Shown here: positions 51,979 through 61,277 of the stretch, piece by piece
Numbering within the stretch: the first letter of the stretch is position 1
Layout of the letters: every line of letters begins with the position of its first letter
Origin: Solirubrobacterales bacterium
GTDB lineage: Bacteria > Actinomycetota > Thermoleophilia > Solirubrobacterales > JACPNS01
Length of the DNA: 64,000 bases
Assembly (NCBI GenBank): GCA_047605325.1
Contig: JASGFX010000002.1
Location: forward strand, 39,642 to 103,641
Reading direction: 5' to 3'
Notes under the pieces: generated by a model
The model's input: only the letters and a program-made list of their open reading frames with translations
The model's database searches: none
What the model was told of the DNA's origin: nothing
Position numbers and translations under genes: made by a program

Positions 51979-53556
51979 ATGGAAAACGAGCACATCCGCC
52001 GCCGCGCCCAGCACGCCGCAGCCATCGTCCTGATCGCCGCAGCCGCGCTCTTCGCGTCGGTCGCTTCGAGTCAGGCGCGTAGCACCGCGCCGATCCCCTC
52101 GACCGTTCCCTCCACGGCCGAGATCTTCTCGACGATCCAGGACCTCGTCTCACAGGGACCACGGCGTCCGGGAACGGCGGCGGGCGAGTTCGCAGTTTCC
52201 TATGTGGCGGACAAGATGCGCTCGTACGGCCTCAGCGACGTCCACGTCGAGACCTCGACGACCAACGCCTGGAAGGCGACAAGCAGTTCCCTGACCTACG
52301 GCGGGACGCCGATCGACGCCTTCCCGGCAGCTTTCTCGAACGACCCCGGCGGCAACGCGGCCGGCTCGTTCGGCACCTCCGGCGAGGGGCTGAGCGCACC
52401 GCTCGTCGACGTCGGCGACGGAGCCGCCTCCGACTACAAGGGCAAGGACGTCAAGGGCAAGATCGTGCTCTTCAACCTGCGCTTCCAGCTGCCGCTGGCT
52501 GGCCTGCTCCCGGTCATGGAGTACCTCTACGACCCGGGCCTCACGATGCTGAACTGGAAGACCCTCTTCACGGCCAACCCGTACATGACCAACTACCGGA
52601 CGGCCCTGAAGAACGCGCAGGACAACGGCGCTGCCGGCTTCGTCGGGGTTCTGGCCGACTACTTCGACTCGAACAAATACTTCAACGAGTACTACAGCCG
52701 CGCGACCAATCCGCAGCCCGGGATGTGGGTGACCAAGAAGGTCGGGGCGTCGATACGCGCGAAGCTCGCCTCCAGCCCCGCAGCAAAGGCCGTGCTCTCG
52801 CTGCAGGTCGACCGCCGACCGGCGCCGGCGCACTCCGTCATGGGCATCGTCCCGGGCCAGACCAACGACACGATCCTGATCACCTCGCACCACGACTCGG
52901 TCTGGCAGGGCGCGGTCGAGGACGGCTCCGGCACGGCAGAGGTGCTTGCGCTCGCCAAGCACTACGCGTCACTTCCGACCCGCTCGCGCAAGAAGACCCT
53001 GATGTTCATGACCGACGACTCGCACTTCTCGGGGTACCAGGCGCACGCCGCCTTCATCCGCAGGCACGTCCTCCAGCGCGATCCGCTGACCGACCCCCAG
53101 CGACTCGTCGCGGTGGTCGCGATCGAACACATCGGGAAGGCCGCGTCGATCGACAGGAACGGCAACCTCGTCGTCAGCGATCAGCCCGAGCCGCGCGGCA
53201 TCTTCGAAAACCTCAATTCATCACTTGGTTCGGTCGTGAACGACGCCGTCCGCGAAAACGACCTGCGCCGCACCGCAGTGCTCAGCTCGAACCTCCTTCA
53301 GGCGGTTGGCGGAATCCCGACCGACGTCTGCGGGCTGATGATCGCGGGTGTGCCCACGGTCAGCCTGATCTCAGGACCGATGTACATGTACGACGAGCAG
53401 GACACGCTGGACAAGGTCGCGACTGACCAGTTGCGACCCGTCGCCAACACTTTCCGCAACATCGTGGACGATCTTGACTCGGCGAATCCGGATCGCATCG
53501 GCTATCTGCCGCTGTCGATCACCGAGGCAATCGGCCGCGCCCTGCTGAGCGACTGA
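51979..53556 (+). CDS. Secreted M28-family peptidase-like protein with PA domain
   Basis: Sec signal peptide; GPRRPGT; PA domain DVKGKIVL; SHHDS and GAVEDGSG motifs. Confidence 0.78.
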   Translation: MENEHIRRRAQHAAAIVLIAAAALFASVASSQARSTAPIPSTVPSTAEIFSTIQDLVSQGPRRPGTAAGEFAVSYVADKMRSYGLSDVHVETSTTNAWKATSSSLTYGGTPIDAFPAAFSNDPGGNAAGSFGTSGEGLSAPLVDVGDGAASDYKGKDVKGKIVLFNLRFQLPLAGLLPVMEYLYDPGLTMLNWKTLFTANPYMTNYRTALKNAQDNGAAGFVGVLADYFDSNKYFNEYYSRATNPQPGMWVTKKVGASIRAKLASSPAAKAVLSLQVDRRPAPAHSVMGIVPGQTNDTILITSHHDSVWQGAVEDGSGTAEVLALAKHYASLPTRSRKKTLMFMTDDSHFSGYQAHAAFIRRHVLQRDPLTDPQRLVAVVAIEHIGKAASIDRNGNLVVSDQPEPRGIFENLNSSLGSVVNDAVRENDLRRTAVLSSNLLQAVGGIPTDVCGLMIAGVPTVSLISGPMYMYDEQDTLDKVATDQLRPVANTFRNIVDDLDSANPDRIGYLPLSITEAIGRALLSD

Positions 53557-53597
53557 CCGCGCGACGCCGCGCGGCGTCTCAGCGGGGCGCGCCCCGC

Positions 53598-54476
53598 TCA
53601 GGAACCGGCGCAGATCTCGCGCGCGCGGTCGACGTCGCCGTGCATGTGCTCGATGAGTTCGTCGACGCTCTCGAAGCGCTTCTCTCCACGCAGTCGCTCG
53701 AGAAACTGAATCTCGGCGTCGGTGCCGTAGAGGTCGCCCTCCCAGTCGATCAAGAAACTCTCGACCAGCACCCCGCGACCGGTCTGGAAGGTCGGACGCA
53801 CGCCGACGTTGACGGCCGAGGCCACGCCGTTGGTGAGTGCGGCATAGACGCCGTGTCCGGGCACGCAGTCGTGCTCGTCGGGGGCCACATTGGCAGTCGG
53901 AAATCCGAGCGTGCGTCCGCGTTTGTCGCCGTGGATCACCTCGCCGATCATCGTGAACGGGTAGCCGAGCAGTTGATTGGCGCGTCCGATCTCACCGGCC
54001 GAGATCAGGCCACGGATCTGCGACGAGGAGACGATCTCCCCTCCGCTCTCGACCAGCGGAACCACCGTAGTCTCGAACTCGCCGAAGGTCTTGAGATATT
54101 CCGGGTCACCCTGGGCCCTCGCCCCGAAACGGAAGTTCTCCCCGACCGACACATGAGTCGCGCCGAGCTTGCCGATCAGCACCTCACGGACAAAGTCCTC
54201 AGCGCTCTTCTGGGCGAAATCTTTGTCGAACTCGATCAGAACCATCTCCTCGACGCCGATCTCTTCGAGCAGGCGCGCCTTGAGCGGCCGCGGCGTGAGG
54301 ATCTTCGGCGCGGCGTCGTGGCGCAGAACGAAGAGCGGGTGCGGGTCGAATGTGAGCACCGTCTCGGCCCCTTCGATCACCTTTCGATGACCGAGGTGCA
54401 CCCCGTCGAACACACCGATCGCCACGCGGCGGTCACGGCGCTCGACCTGGTCGACGGTGAGAATCTTGATGCTCAT
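53598..54476 (-). CDS. ribF: Bifunctional riboflavin kinase/FAD synthetase
   Basis: GVFDGVHLGH, TFDPHP, VSSSQIR, GRTLGFPTAN and NVGVRPTF. Confidence 0.97.
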   Translation of the reverse strand: MSIKILTVDQVERRDRRVAIGVFDGVHLGHRKVIEGAETVLTFDPHPLFVLRHDAAPKILTPRPLKARLLEEIGVEEMVLIEFDKDFAQKSAEDFVREVLIGKLGATHVSVGENFRFGARAQGDPEYLKTFGEFETTVVPLVESGGEIVSSSQIRGLISAGEIGRANQLLGYPFTMIGEVIHGDKRGRTLGFPTANVAPDEHDCVPGHGVYAALTNGVASAVNVGVRPTFQTGRGVLVESFLIDWEGDLYGTDAEIQFLERLRGEKRFESVDELIEHMHGDVDRAREICAGS

Positions 54477-55321
54477 CGCGCGCGCAGTTCCTCGAGCGAG
54501 CCGGCGAGGATCGTCTCCGAGACGAGTCGGCCGGCAGCAATGTTCCCGACACCGAGCAGCCGATCGCCGACGACCAGTCGCAACGGACCGGCGTCGTCAT
54601 CGGATACGTCGACGCGACGGCCGTTGATCAGAGCTTGTGCCTGCCGCTCGGACAGGTCGCGACGGTCGATGTGAGAGAGCGCGTCGAGCGGGTCGAGAAT
54701 TCGCTCTGGATCAGCATCCTCCAGCCTGAGCTCGCCGACGCGCGTGCGGCGCAACTGCGCGCAGTACGCGTCTTCAAGAGTTGCGACGACGCTGCGGATG
54801 TACGTGCCACCCGCACAATCGATCTCGAACACCGCTTCTTCACCGTCGAGCGACATGCGCTCCGCACGATAGACGGTCATCTCTCTCGTCGGGGGGGTGA
54901 AATCTTCGCCCCGGCGCGCCTTCGCGTAGAGCCGCTGCCCATCGACCTTGATCGCCGAGAGCTTCGGAACGGGAAGCAGCAGATCCCCGGTCGGAATCTG
55001 CGGGTCCGCGGGAACGCGGCCGGTGTGGGTGAGCTCGCCGTCGCTGTCTCCACTGTCCGAGGTCCATCCGAGCCGAGCCGTCACGAGGTATGTCTTCGGT
55101 TGGTGAAGCAGGTAGCGCTGCAATCGAGTCGCGCGACCAACCAGGATCGTGAGCAGCCCGGTCGCGAACGGATCGAGCGTGCCGGCGTGGCCGATCTTCA
55201 CCTTTTTGCCCGCGGCCCTGGAGAGTCTGCGCCGGACGTCGTACACAACGTCGTGCGAGGTGATTCCCGCAGGTTTGTCGACGAGCACGACGCCGCACTC
55301 GATCGAACCACTCTGGGCCAC
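54473..55321 (-). CDS. truB: tRNA pseudouridine(55) synthase
   Basis: DKPAGITSHDVV, GHAGTLDPFATG, SAIKVDGQRLY and GGTYIRS. Confidence 0.96.
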   Translation of the reverse strand: MAQSGSIECGVVLVDKPAGITSHDVVYDVRRRLSRAAGKKVKIGHAGTLDPFATGLLTILVGRATRLQRYLLHQPKTYLVTARLGWTSDSGDSDGELTHTGRVPADPQIPTGDLLLPVPKLSAIKVDGQRLYAKARRGEDFTPPTREMTVYRAERMSLDGEEAVFEIDCAGGTYIRSVVATLEDAYCAQLRRTRVGELRLEDADPERILDPLDALSHIDRRDLSERQAQALINGRRVDVSDDDAGPLRLVVGDRLLGVGNIAAGRLVSETILAGSLEELRAR

Positions 55322-55335
55322 GCGCGAACCCTTGT

Positions 55336-56340
55336 TCAGGCGGCGGTGGCCTGGCGGTCGCCGAGCTGGTCGCGGATGCCCGCGCGGATCAGCTCGATCG
55401 CTTCATCAAGCGACTTGTCCGTCGTTGCACCGGCTGCCTGGCGGTGGCCTCCACCGCTGAAACTGCGAGCGATCGCCGAAACGTCCACGCGGTCGTCGGA
55501 CGACCGCAGCGAGATCTTCGCGAGGTGCTCGCGCCCCTCACCGGTCAACTGCCGATACATCGCCCCCACGACGGTGCCCTTGATCGCACGGGCGAAGTCG
55601 ACGATGCCCTCGGTGTAGGTCTCTTCAGAACTGGTCTCGTCGAAGTCGGCCTTCGTCAAGTTGACGATCGAGAGCAGTCCGTCGTCGAATTGCTGGAGAG
55701 TGTTCAGCGCGCGACCGAGCAGTTCGACCTTGCCGACAGGCTGGTCCTCGTAGAGACGTGTGTAGGCCGCGTGGACGTCGACCCCGTTGCGCAGGAGGTC
55801 AGCGGCCATCTCGTGCGCCTCGGGACCGGTGTTCTGGTACATGAACCTGCCGGTGTCGGTGACCAGTCCGACGTAGAGCGCGTCCGAGAGGAACGGCGTC
55901 AGCTCGACGCTGAGTTCCTTTGCGATCGAGTAGACAATCTCGGCCGTCGACGAGCGCGTGGATTCGACCATGTTGAGATCGCCGAAGAGCGTGTTGTCGT
56001 GGTGGTGATCGATGTTGATCAGCGTGAGCTCGTCGCTCTTGAGGAAATCGACGTTCATGCGTTCGAACGAGCCGCAGTCGAGATAGACGATCGTGCGCTC
56101 GGACAGGTCGTCGGGGGCGAAATGGATAGCGCCGTCTTCGGCGAGGAGATAGCGGTACTCGAAGGGCAGCGGAAACTCAGTCTCGCGCATGAACATGACG
56201 GTGTCCTTGCCCAACTCCGTGAGGATCGCGTTCATGCCCACCAATGAGCCGAGGGCGTCGCCATCGGGATTCTCGTGGGTGGTCAGCAGAAACTTCTGGT
56301 CGCCCTTCAGACGCCCCAGGATCTCAGCTCGATCGCTCAT
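55336..56340 (-). CDS. nrnA: DHH/DHHA1 phosphoesterase (nanoRNase/pAp phosphatase NrnA)
   Basis: HENPDGDALGS, NIDHH, TDTGRF, SLRS and GGGHRQAAG. Confidence 0.9.
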   Translation of the reverse strand: MSDRAEILGRLKGDQKFLLTTHENPDGDALGSLVGMNAILTELGKDTVMFMRETEFPLPFEYRYLLAEDGAIHFAPDDLSERTIVYLDCGSFERMNVDFLKSDELTLINIDHHHDNTLFGDLNMVESTRSSTAEIVYSIAKELSVELTPFLSDALYVGLVTDTGRFMYQNTGPEAHEMAADLLRNGVDVHAAYTRLYEDQPVGKVELLGRALNTLQQFDDGLLSIVNLTKADFDETSSEETYTEGIVDFARAIKGTVVGAMYRQLTGEGREHLAKISLRSSDDRVDVSAIARSFSGGGHRQAAGATTDKSLDEAIELIRAGIRDQLGDRQATAA

Positions 56341-56689
56341 CAAATTGCTCGGCTTCCTCGTTGATCAGTTCGTTGATGTGCGATGCACGCTCAACGCTCT
56401 CGTCGTACTCGAACTTCAATATCGGTGTGTACTTCATGCGCAGGTGAGCGGCGATCTCGCCCTGCAAGTCGATGCGCAGGTCTTCGAGCGCCTCAAACGT
56501 CGCAGCGCGCTCCGCTTCGCTGCCGAACACGCTGACGAACACCGTCGCGTGGTGCAGGTCGGGAGAGGTCTGGACGTCGGTGATCGTCACGAAACCGTCG
56601 AGACGATCGCGAGCGGCTCCGGTCAGGGCGCTTGAGACGACCTCTCGGACGCCCTCATCGACCCTGCGCATGCGCTCACCCTGACTCAA
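56324..56689 (-). CDS. rbfA: Ribosome-binding factor A
   Basis: VTITDV..SPDL..A.VFVS; MKYTPILKFEYD; lies downstream of infB. Confidence 0.93.
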   Translation of the reverse strand: MSQGERMRRVDEGVREVVSSALTGAARDRLDGFVTITDVQTSPDLHHATVFVSVFGSEAERAATFEALEDLRIDLQGEIAAHLRMKYTPILKFEYDESVERASHINELINEEAEQFDERSS

Positions 56690-56711
56690 ATCCGACCCTC
56701 TCGCACCGCGA

Positions 56712-58980
56712 CTAGACGAGCTCGCGCTCGACGCTCTTGGTCTCGAAGACCTCGATCACGTCGTCGTCCTTGACATCGGCGTAGTTCTCGAGCACGATTC
56801 CGCACTCCATACCGACGGTGACTTCACGGACGTCGTCGTCGAAACGACGCAGCGTGCCGATCTTGCCCTCGTACACGACGGTTCCGTCGCGGACCAGTCG
56901 GACCTGCGCGCCGCGCGTGACCTTGCCGGTGTCGACGTGACAGCCGGCGATCGTGCCGATCTTCGAGGCCTTGAAGGTCTGGCGCACCGTGAGTGTGCCG
57001 ACCGCCTCTTCGACCTGATCGGGCGCGAGCAGACCCTGCATGGCGGCGCGAAGCTCTTCGATCGCCTTGTAGATCACCGTGTAAGTGCGGATCTCGACGC
57101 CTTCACGGTCGGCGATCAGACGAGAGTCGCCGACCGGACGGACGTTGAAACCGATCACGATCGCGTCGGAGGCGGAGGCGAGCATGATGTCGCTCTCGTT
57201 GATTCCGCCGACACCGTGATGGATCACGTTGACCTGGATCTCGCTCTGCGGGAGCTTCGCGATCTCGTCCTCGAGCGCGCCGACGGAACCGGCGACGTCG
57301 CCCTTGAGGATCAGGTTGAGTGAGCTGAGCTCACCCTCCTGCGCGCGGGCGAAGGCGTCCTCGAAGGAGACCTTCAGGCGGGCGCGACGGGCGATCGCCT
57401 CATTCTTCAGACGGTTGGCGCGATCGGCGGCCTGCGTACGAGCCGCGCGATCACTTTCGACCACGCGGAAGTTGTTGCCGGCCTCGGGAACGCCGTCAAA
57501 GCCCAGCACCTCCACCGGGGCACCGAGCTCGGCGAGCTCGATCCGGTGTCCGTTGTAGTCGTGCATCGCGCGCACGCGGCCCCACTGAGAACCGGCGACC
57601 ACCGCGTCGCCGATCTTCAGCTGACCACGCTGGAGCAGCAGCGTCGCGACCGGGCCACGACCAGGGTCGAGCTGCGACTCGATGACCGTGCCGGAGGCCT
57701 CGGCCGTCGGGTTGCCCTTGAACTCTTCGACCTCGGCGACCAGCAGGAGCATGTCGAGCAGGTTGTCGAGACCCTCACGCTGTTTGGCCGAGACATCGCA
57801 GAAGATCGTCGATCCCCCCCAGTCCTCGGGCTGCAGGCCGAGGGCGGCGAGTTCGGTGCGAGCGCGCATCGGGTCTGCGCCCTCCTTGTCGATCTTGTTG
57901 ACTGCGATCACGATCGGCACTCCGGCCGCCTTCGCGTGGTCGATCGCCTCTTCGGTCTGCGGCATGACGCCGTCGTCGGCCGCGACCACGATCACCGCGA
58001 TGTCGGTGACCTCGGCTCCGCGAGCACGCATCGCCGTGAAGGCTTCGTGACCCGGCGTGTCGATGAAGGTGATGAGCTTGTCTCCGCGATGCACCTGGTA
58101 GGCACCGATGTGCTGGGTGATACCTCCGGCCTCTCCGGCGACGACGTCGGCCTCGCGGATCGCGTCGAGCAGCGAGGTCTTTCCGTGGTCGACGTGACCC
58201 ATGATCGTGACGACCGGCGGGCGCTCTGCGAGATCCGCGTCGGTGTCCTGTGCCTCGGGTGCTTCTTCGGCCTCGTCGGCGACCGAGCGAAGGTCGAGTT
58301 CGCGGTCGAACTCGCCGACGAGCACGGCGATCGTCTCGTCGGAGAGAGTCTGGGTCAGCGAGGCCATCTCGCCTAGGCCCATCAGCTTCTTGATCACTTC
58401 AGGCGCGGGCACGCCGAGTGACTCGGAGACCTCCTTGACCGTCGCGCCGGAATTGATGCGGACTGTCTTGTCTTCGACCTCCGGCTCGACGTTTACCTGC
58501 TCGACGGGCTCCTCGAAGACGGGCTTGCGCCTGCGTCCGCCGCGACGCTTGGGTGCGGGCTGGCCCTGCGGCGGACCGCCCGGCCCGCGACGCGAGGCCT
58601 GCGAGTCGATCACGACGCGGCGCATCTTGCCCTGGCCGCCACCCCCGCCCGGCACGGGTCCGGGGCGTCCCGCCGGGCGCGGACCCGGAGGCCCCGGGAC
58701 CGCGGCGCGGCGGAGAATCGTTCGGTCCGGCCGAGTAACCGCGCTGCTGCGGGCGCGACTGACCACCGGAGGACTGACCTCCGCCCTGCGCCTGCTGTGC
58801 CGACGCGGCGCGCGCGCCGACCGGACGGTTCACGGCCTTCATGACCTTTTCGGCGACCTCATCGCTGACTCCGGACGAGGCCGTCTTGACTTCGATCCCC
58901 GCCTTCTGGAGCAGCGCCAGCATCTCCTTGCTGGTCAGGCCGGCGTTCTTCGCCAGTTCGTGTACTCGGACTTTCGCCAT
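56712..58980 (-). CDS. infB: Translation initiation factor IF-2, split by an apparent +1 frameshift near 58692-58695
   Basis: N-terminal MAKVRVHELAK (ORF 58399-58980) and the GTPase core MGHVDHGKT, DTPGHEAF, NKID, KGMECG-like GMECG (ORF 56712-58766) lie in different frames. Confidence 0.95.
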
Positions 58981-58995
58981 CTGGTGAGCGCGCCC

Positions 58996-60690
58996 CTACT
59001 CGGTGTCCTCGGGCGAACCCGTCGCCACGGAGGAGTCGGCGGTCGCGTCGTCATCGCCGTCGGCGACCTCGGCTTCCGGAGTGTCTGAATCTTCGACGAA
59101 CTCGTCCGCTGAGGCGGCCTCGGCCTCGTCGATCGCCTCCTCGGCGTCTTCGTCCGCGACCGGAGCGTTCTCGATCGCCTCAACGATCGATTCGGTCTCG
59201 ATCTCGCCCTCCTCTGCGTCAGCGGCGCCGGCCGCTTCGGCGTCGATGCTCACTTCGCCGTCGGCGGCGAGCTCTTCGAGCGACTCCTCGATCGGAGCCT
59301 CGGGGCGCTCGTCGCCGTCGACGACTTCCTCGACGGTCTCGTTGTCGGCCTCGGCTTCGGCGTCGCTCTCGATCGCCGGCTCCGGACCTTCGCCCTCGTC
59401 GGCGGCCTCGATCGCGTCGGCCATAGACGGGTCGACGTAGTCGGTCTCCTGGTCGATCAGTGCCTGGTGGGCGTCGAGACCGCAGTAGCGTGAACCCGGC
59501 AGAGCGGCGTTCGGGCAGAGGCGGCCGTTGGTCAGGATCGCGTGGCAACGGCCGGCGTTCTCGACCTCGCCCTCGCCGCCTTCGCCGCCTCCGTCGTCGT
59601 CGACTGCGAAGTCGCTCTCGGAGCGGATATCGATGCGCCAGCCGGTCAGACGGGCCGCGAGGCGAGCGTTCTGGCCTTCACGGCCGATCGCCAGCGAGAG
59701 CTGGTCGTCGGGCACGATGACGGTGGCCTGCTGATTCTCATCGTCGACGAGCACCTCACGCACACGCGCCGGCGCGAGCGCCTTGGCGACGAAGCGCGCG
59801 GGCTCCTCGTTGAAGGGGATGATGTCGATCTTCTCGCCGCGCAACTCTGAGACGACCATGCGCACACGCGACCCACGCGGGCCGACGCAGGCGCCGACAG
59901 GGTCGACGCCGTCGGCGTGGCTGACGACCGCGATCTTGCTGCGGAAACCCGGCTCACGCGCGACGTTCTGGATCTCGACGAGGCCGTCGGCCACCTCTGG
60001 CACTTCCAGCTCGAACAGCTTGCGGATCAGCTCGGGGTTGCGGCGCGAGACGACGATGCTCGGACCCTTGCTCTCGGCCGAGACGTCGGTGATCACGGCC
60101 TTGATGCGCGCGCCGTGCTCGTAGCGCTCGCGCGGCACCTGCTCGCTCTTGGGCAGCAGCGCCTCGACGCGCTCACGCAGCTGGACAAGCGTGTAGCGAT
60201 GGTCGGTCTGCTGCACGATTCCGGTGATCAACTCGCCCACCCGGTCGTGGTACTCGTCGTACATCATCTGGCGCTCGGCCTCGCGGATCCGCTGGTAGAT
60301 CACCTGCTTGGCGGTCTGGGCGGCGATGCGGCCGAAGTTCTCCGGGGTGACGTCGCGCTCGGGAATTTGGTCGCGATACTCGGCGAGCTTCTCGGGAGCG
60401 ATGTCGGGCTCCTCGATGATGCGGCGCTCGCCGGTCTCCGGATCGATCGTCGACTCCTGCTCGTAGACCTCGTCGAGCAGCTCGTCCTCGAGGTCCTCCG
60501 GGACGAGCAGTTCGAAGACGCGGAAATCGCCGGATTCACGGTCGAGTTCGACGCGCGCGTACTTGGCCGATCCCGGCGACTTCTTGTAGGCCGAGAGCAG
60601 GGCGTCTTCGAGCGCGGTCATGAGGGTCTCGCTCTCGATCCCCTTTTCGCGCTCGAGCATCTTGATTGCGTCGACGATTTCCTGTGACAT
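58996..60690 (-). CDS. nusA: Transcription termination/antitermination factor NusA with C-terminal extension
   Basis: FGRIAAQTAKQVI.QRIREAER, LFELEVPE, GACVGPRGSR and SLAIGREGQNARLAARLTGW. Confidence 0.98.
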   Translation of the reverse strand: MSQEIVDAIKMLEREKGIESETLMTALEDALLSAYKKSPGSAKYARVELDRESGDFRVFELLVPEDLEDELLDEVYEQESTIDPETGERRIIEEPDIAPEKLAEYRDQIPERDVTPENFGRIAAQTAKQVIYQRIREAERQMMYDEYHDRVGELITGIVQQTDHRYTLVQLRERVEALLPKSEQVPRERYEHGARIKAVITDVSAESKGPSIVVSRRNPELIRKLFELEVPEVADGLVEIQNVAREPGFRSKIAVVSHADGVDPVGACVGPRGSRVRMVVSELRGEKIDIIPFNEEPARFVAKALAPARVREVLVDDENQQATVIVPDDQLSLAIGREGQNARLAARLTGWRIDIRSESDFAVDDDGGGEGGEGEVENAGRCHAILTNGRLCPNAALPGSRYCGLDAHQALIDQETDYVDPSMADAIEAADEGEGPEPAIESDAEAEADNETVEEVVDGDERPEAPIEESLEELAADGEVSIDAEAAGAADAEEGEIETESIVEAIENAPVADEDAEEAIDEAEAASADEFVEDSDTPEAEVADGDDDATADSSVATGSPEDTE

Positions 60691-60746
60691 TTGGTGAATT
60701 GCCTTTTCTGTTGTTATTCAGTTGATGGCGCCGTTTGAGCTGCAGC

Positions 60747-61163
60747 TCAGGGCACCAGATTCGACTTGCTGATGTCGGAGTACGGCAGAGTGACGATCGT
60801 CCCGTCGGAGCCGATCGTGACGCCGGCGTCATCCGCGGCGATCAGCTCGCCGGTGAAGTTGCGACGTCCCTCGTGGTCGCTGCGTGTGCGGATCTTTGCG
60901 CGGCGACCGACAAAGCGGCGGAAGTGGTCGGGCTTGGTCAGCGGACGCTTCGGGCCCGGAGACGAAACCTCCAGCGCGTACTGCTCCCGGAGCGCGCGAA
61001 GTGCGCGGGTGACGCGCTCGCAGAGATCGAGATCGACCCCATCCGGGTGATCGATGAAGATCCGCACGGTCCCGCCGTTGAGCTCGCAGAGCAAAAGCTC
61101 GACCTGGGGCTCGGAAGCCGCCAGTTCGGTCTCTATTTCGGTTTGGATCTTCTCGGTGTTCAT
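60747..61163 (-). CDS. rimP: Ribosome maturation factor RimP
   Basis: RIFID...GV.LDLCERVT and YALEVSSPG..RPL; first gene of the nusA-infB operon. Confidence 0.95.
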   Translation of the reverse strand: MNTEKIQTEIETELAASEPQVELLLCELNGGTVRIFIDHPDGVDLDLCERVTRALRALREQYALEVSSPGPKRPLTKPDHFRRFVGRRAKIRTRSDHEGRRNFTGELIAADDAGVTIGSDGTIVTLPYSDISKSNLVP

Positions 61164-61185
61164 GCGCTGGTCGCGTAACTCCCCA

Positions 61186-61213
61186 ATAAAAAAGTGAGCC
61201 GGAGGGCCCACTT
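61186..61213 (-). promoter_or_regulatory. rimP leader hairpin + U-tract (attenuator-like)
   Basis: Minus strand reads AAGTGGGCC-CTCC-GGCTCACTT-TTTTAT about 25 nt upstream of the rimP start, resembling the conserved AGTGGG...CCCACT rimP leader. Confidence 0.7.
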
Positions 61214-61277
61214 CGAGACTGCGCGGATGCCGCCCGAGGGCCGCAATCCGAAATGACGAGGAGGTCAGCGCTCTGAA

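Noticed and set aside
53557-53598. GC-rich palindromes between the M28 gene and ribF as a mobile-element end
   Set aside because: There is no matching repeat at the other side of the PucR-M28 block; more likely a simple bidirectional terminator.
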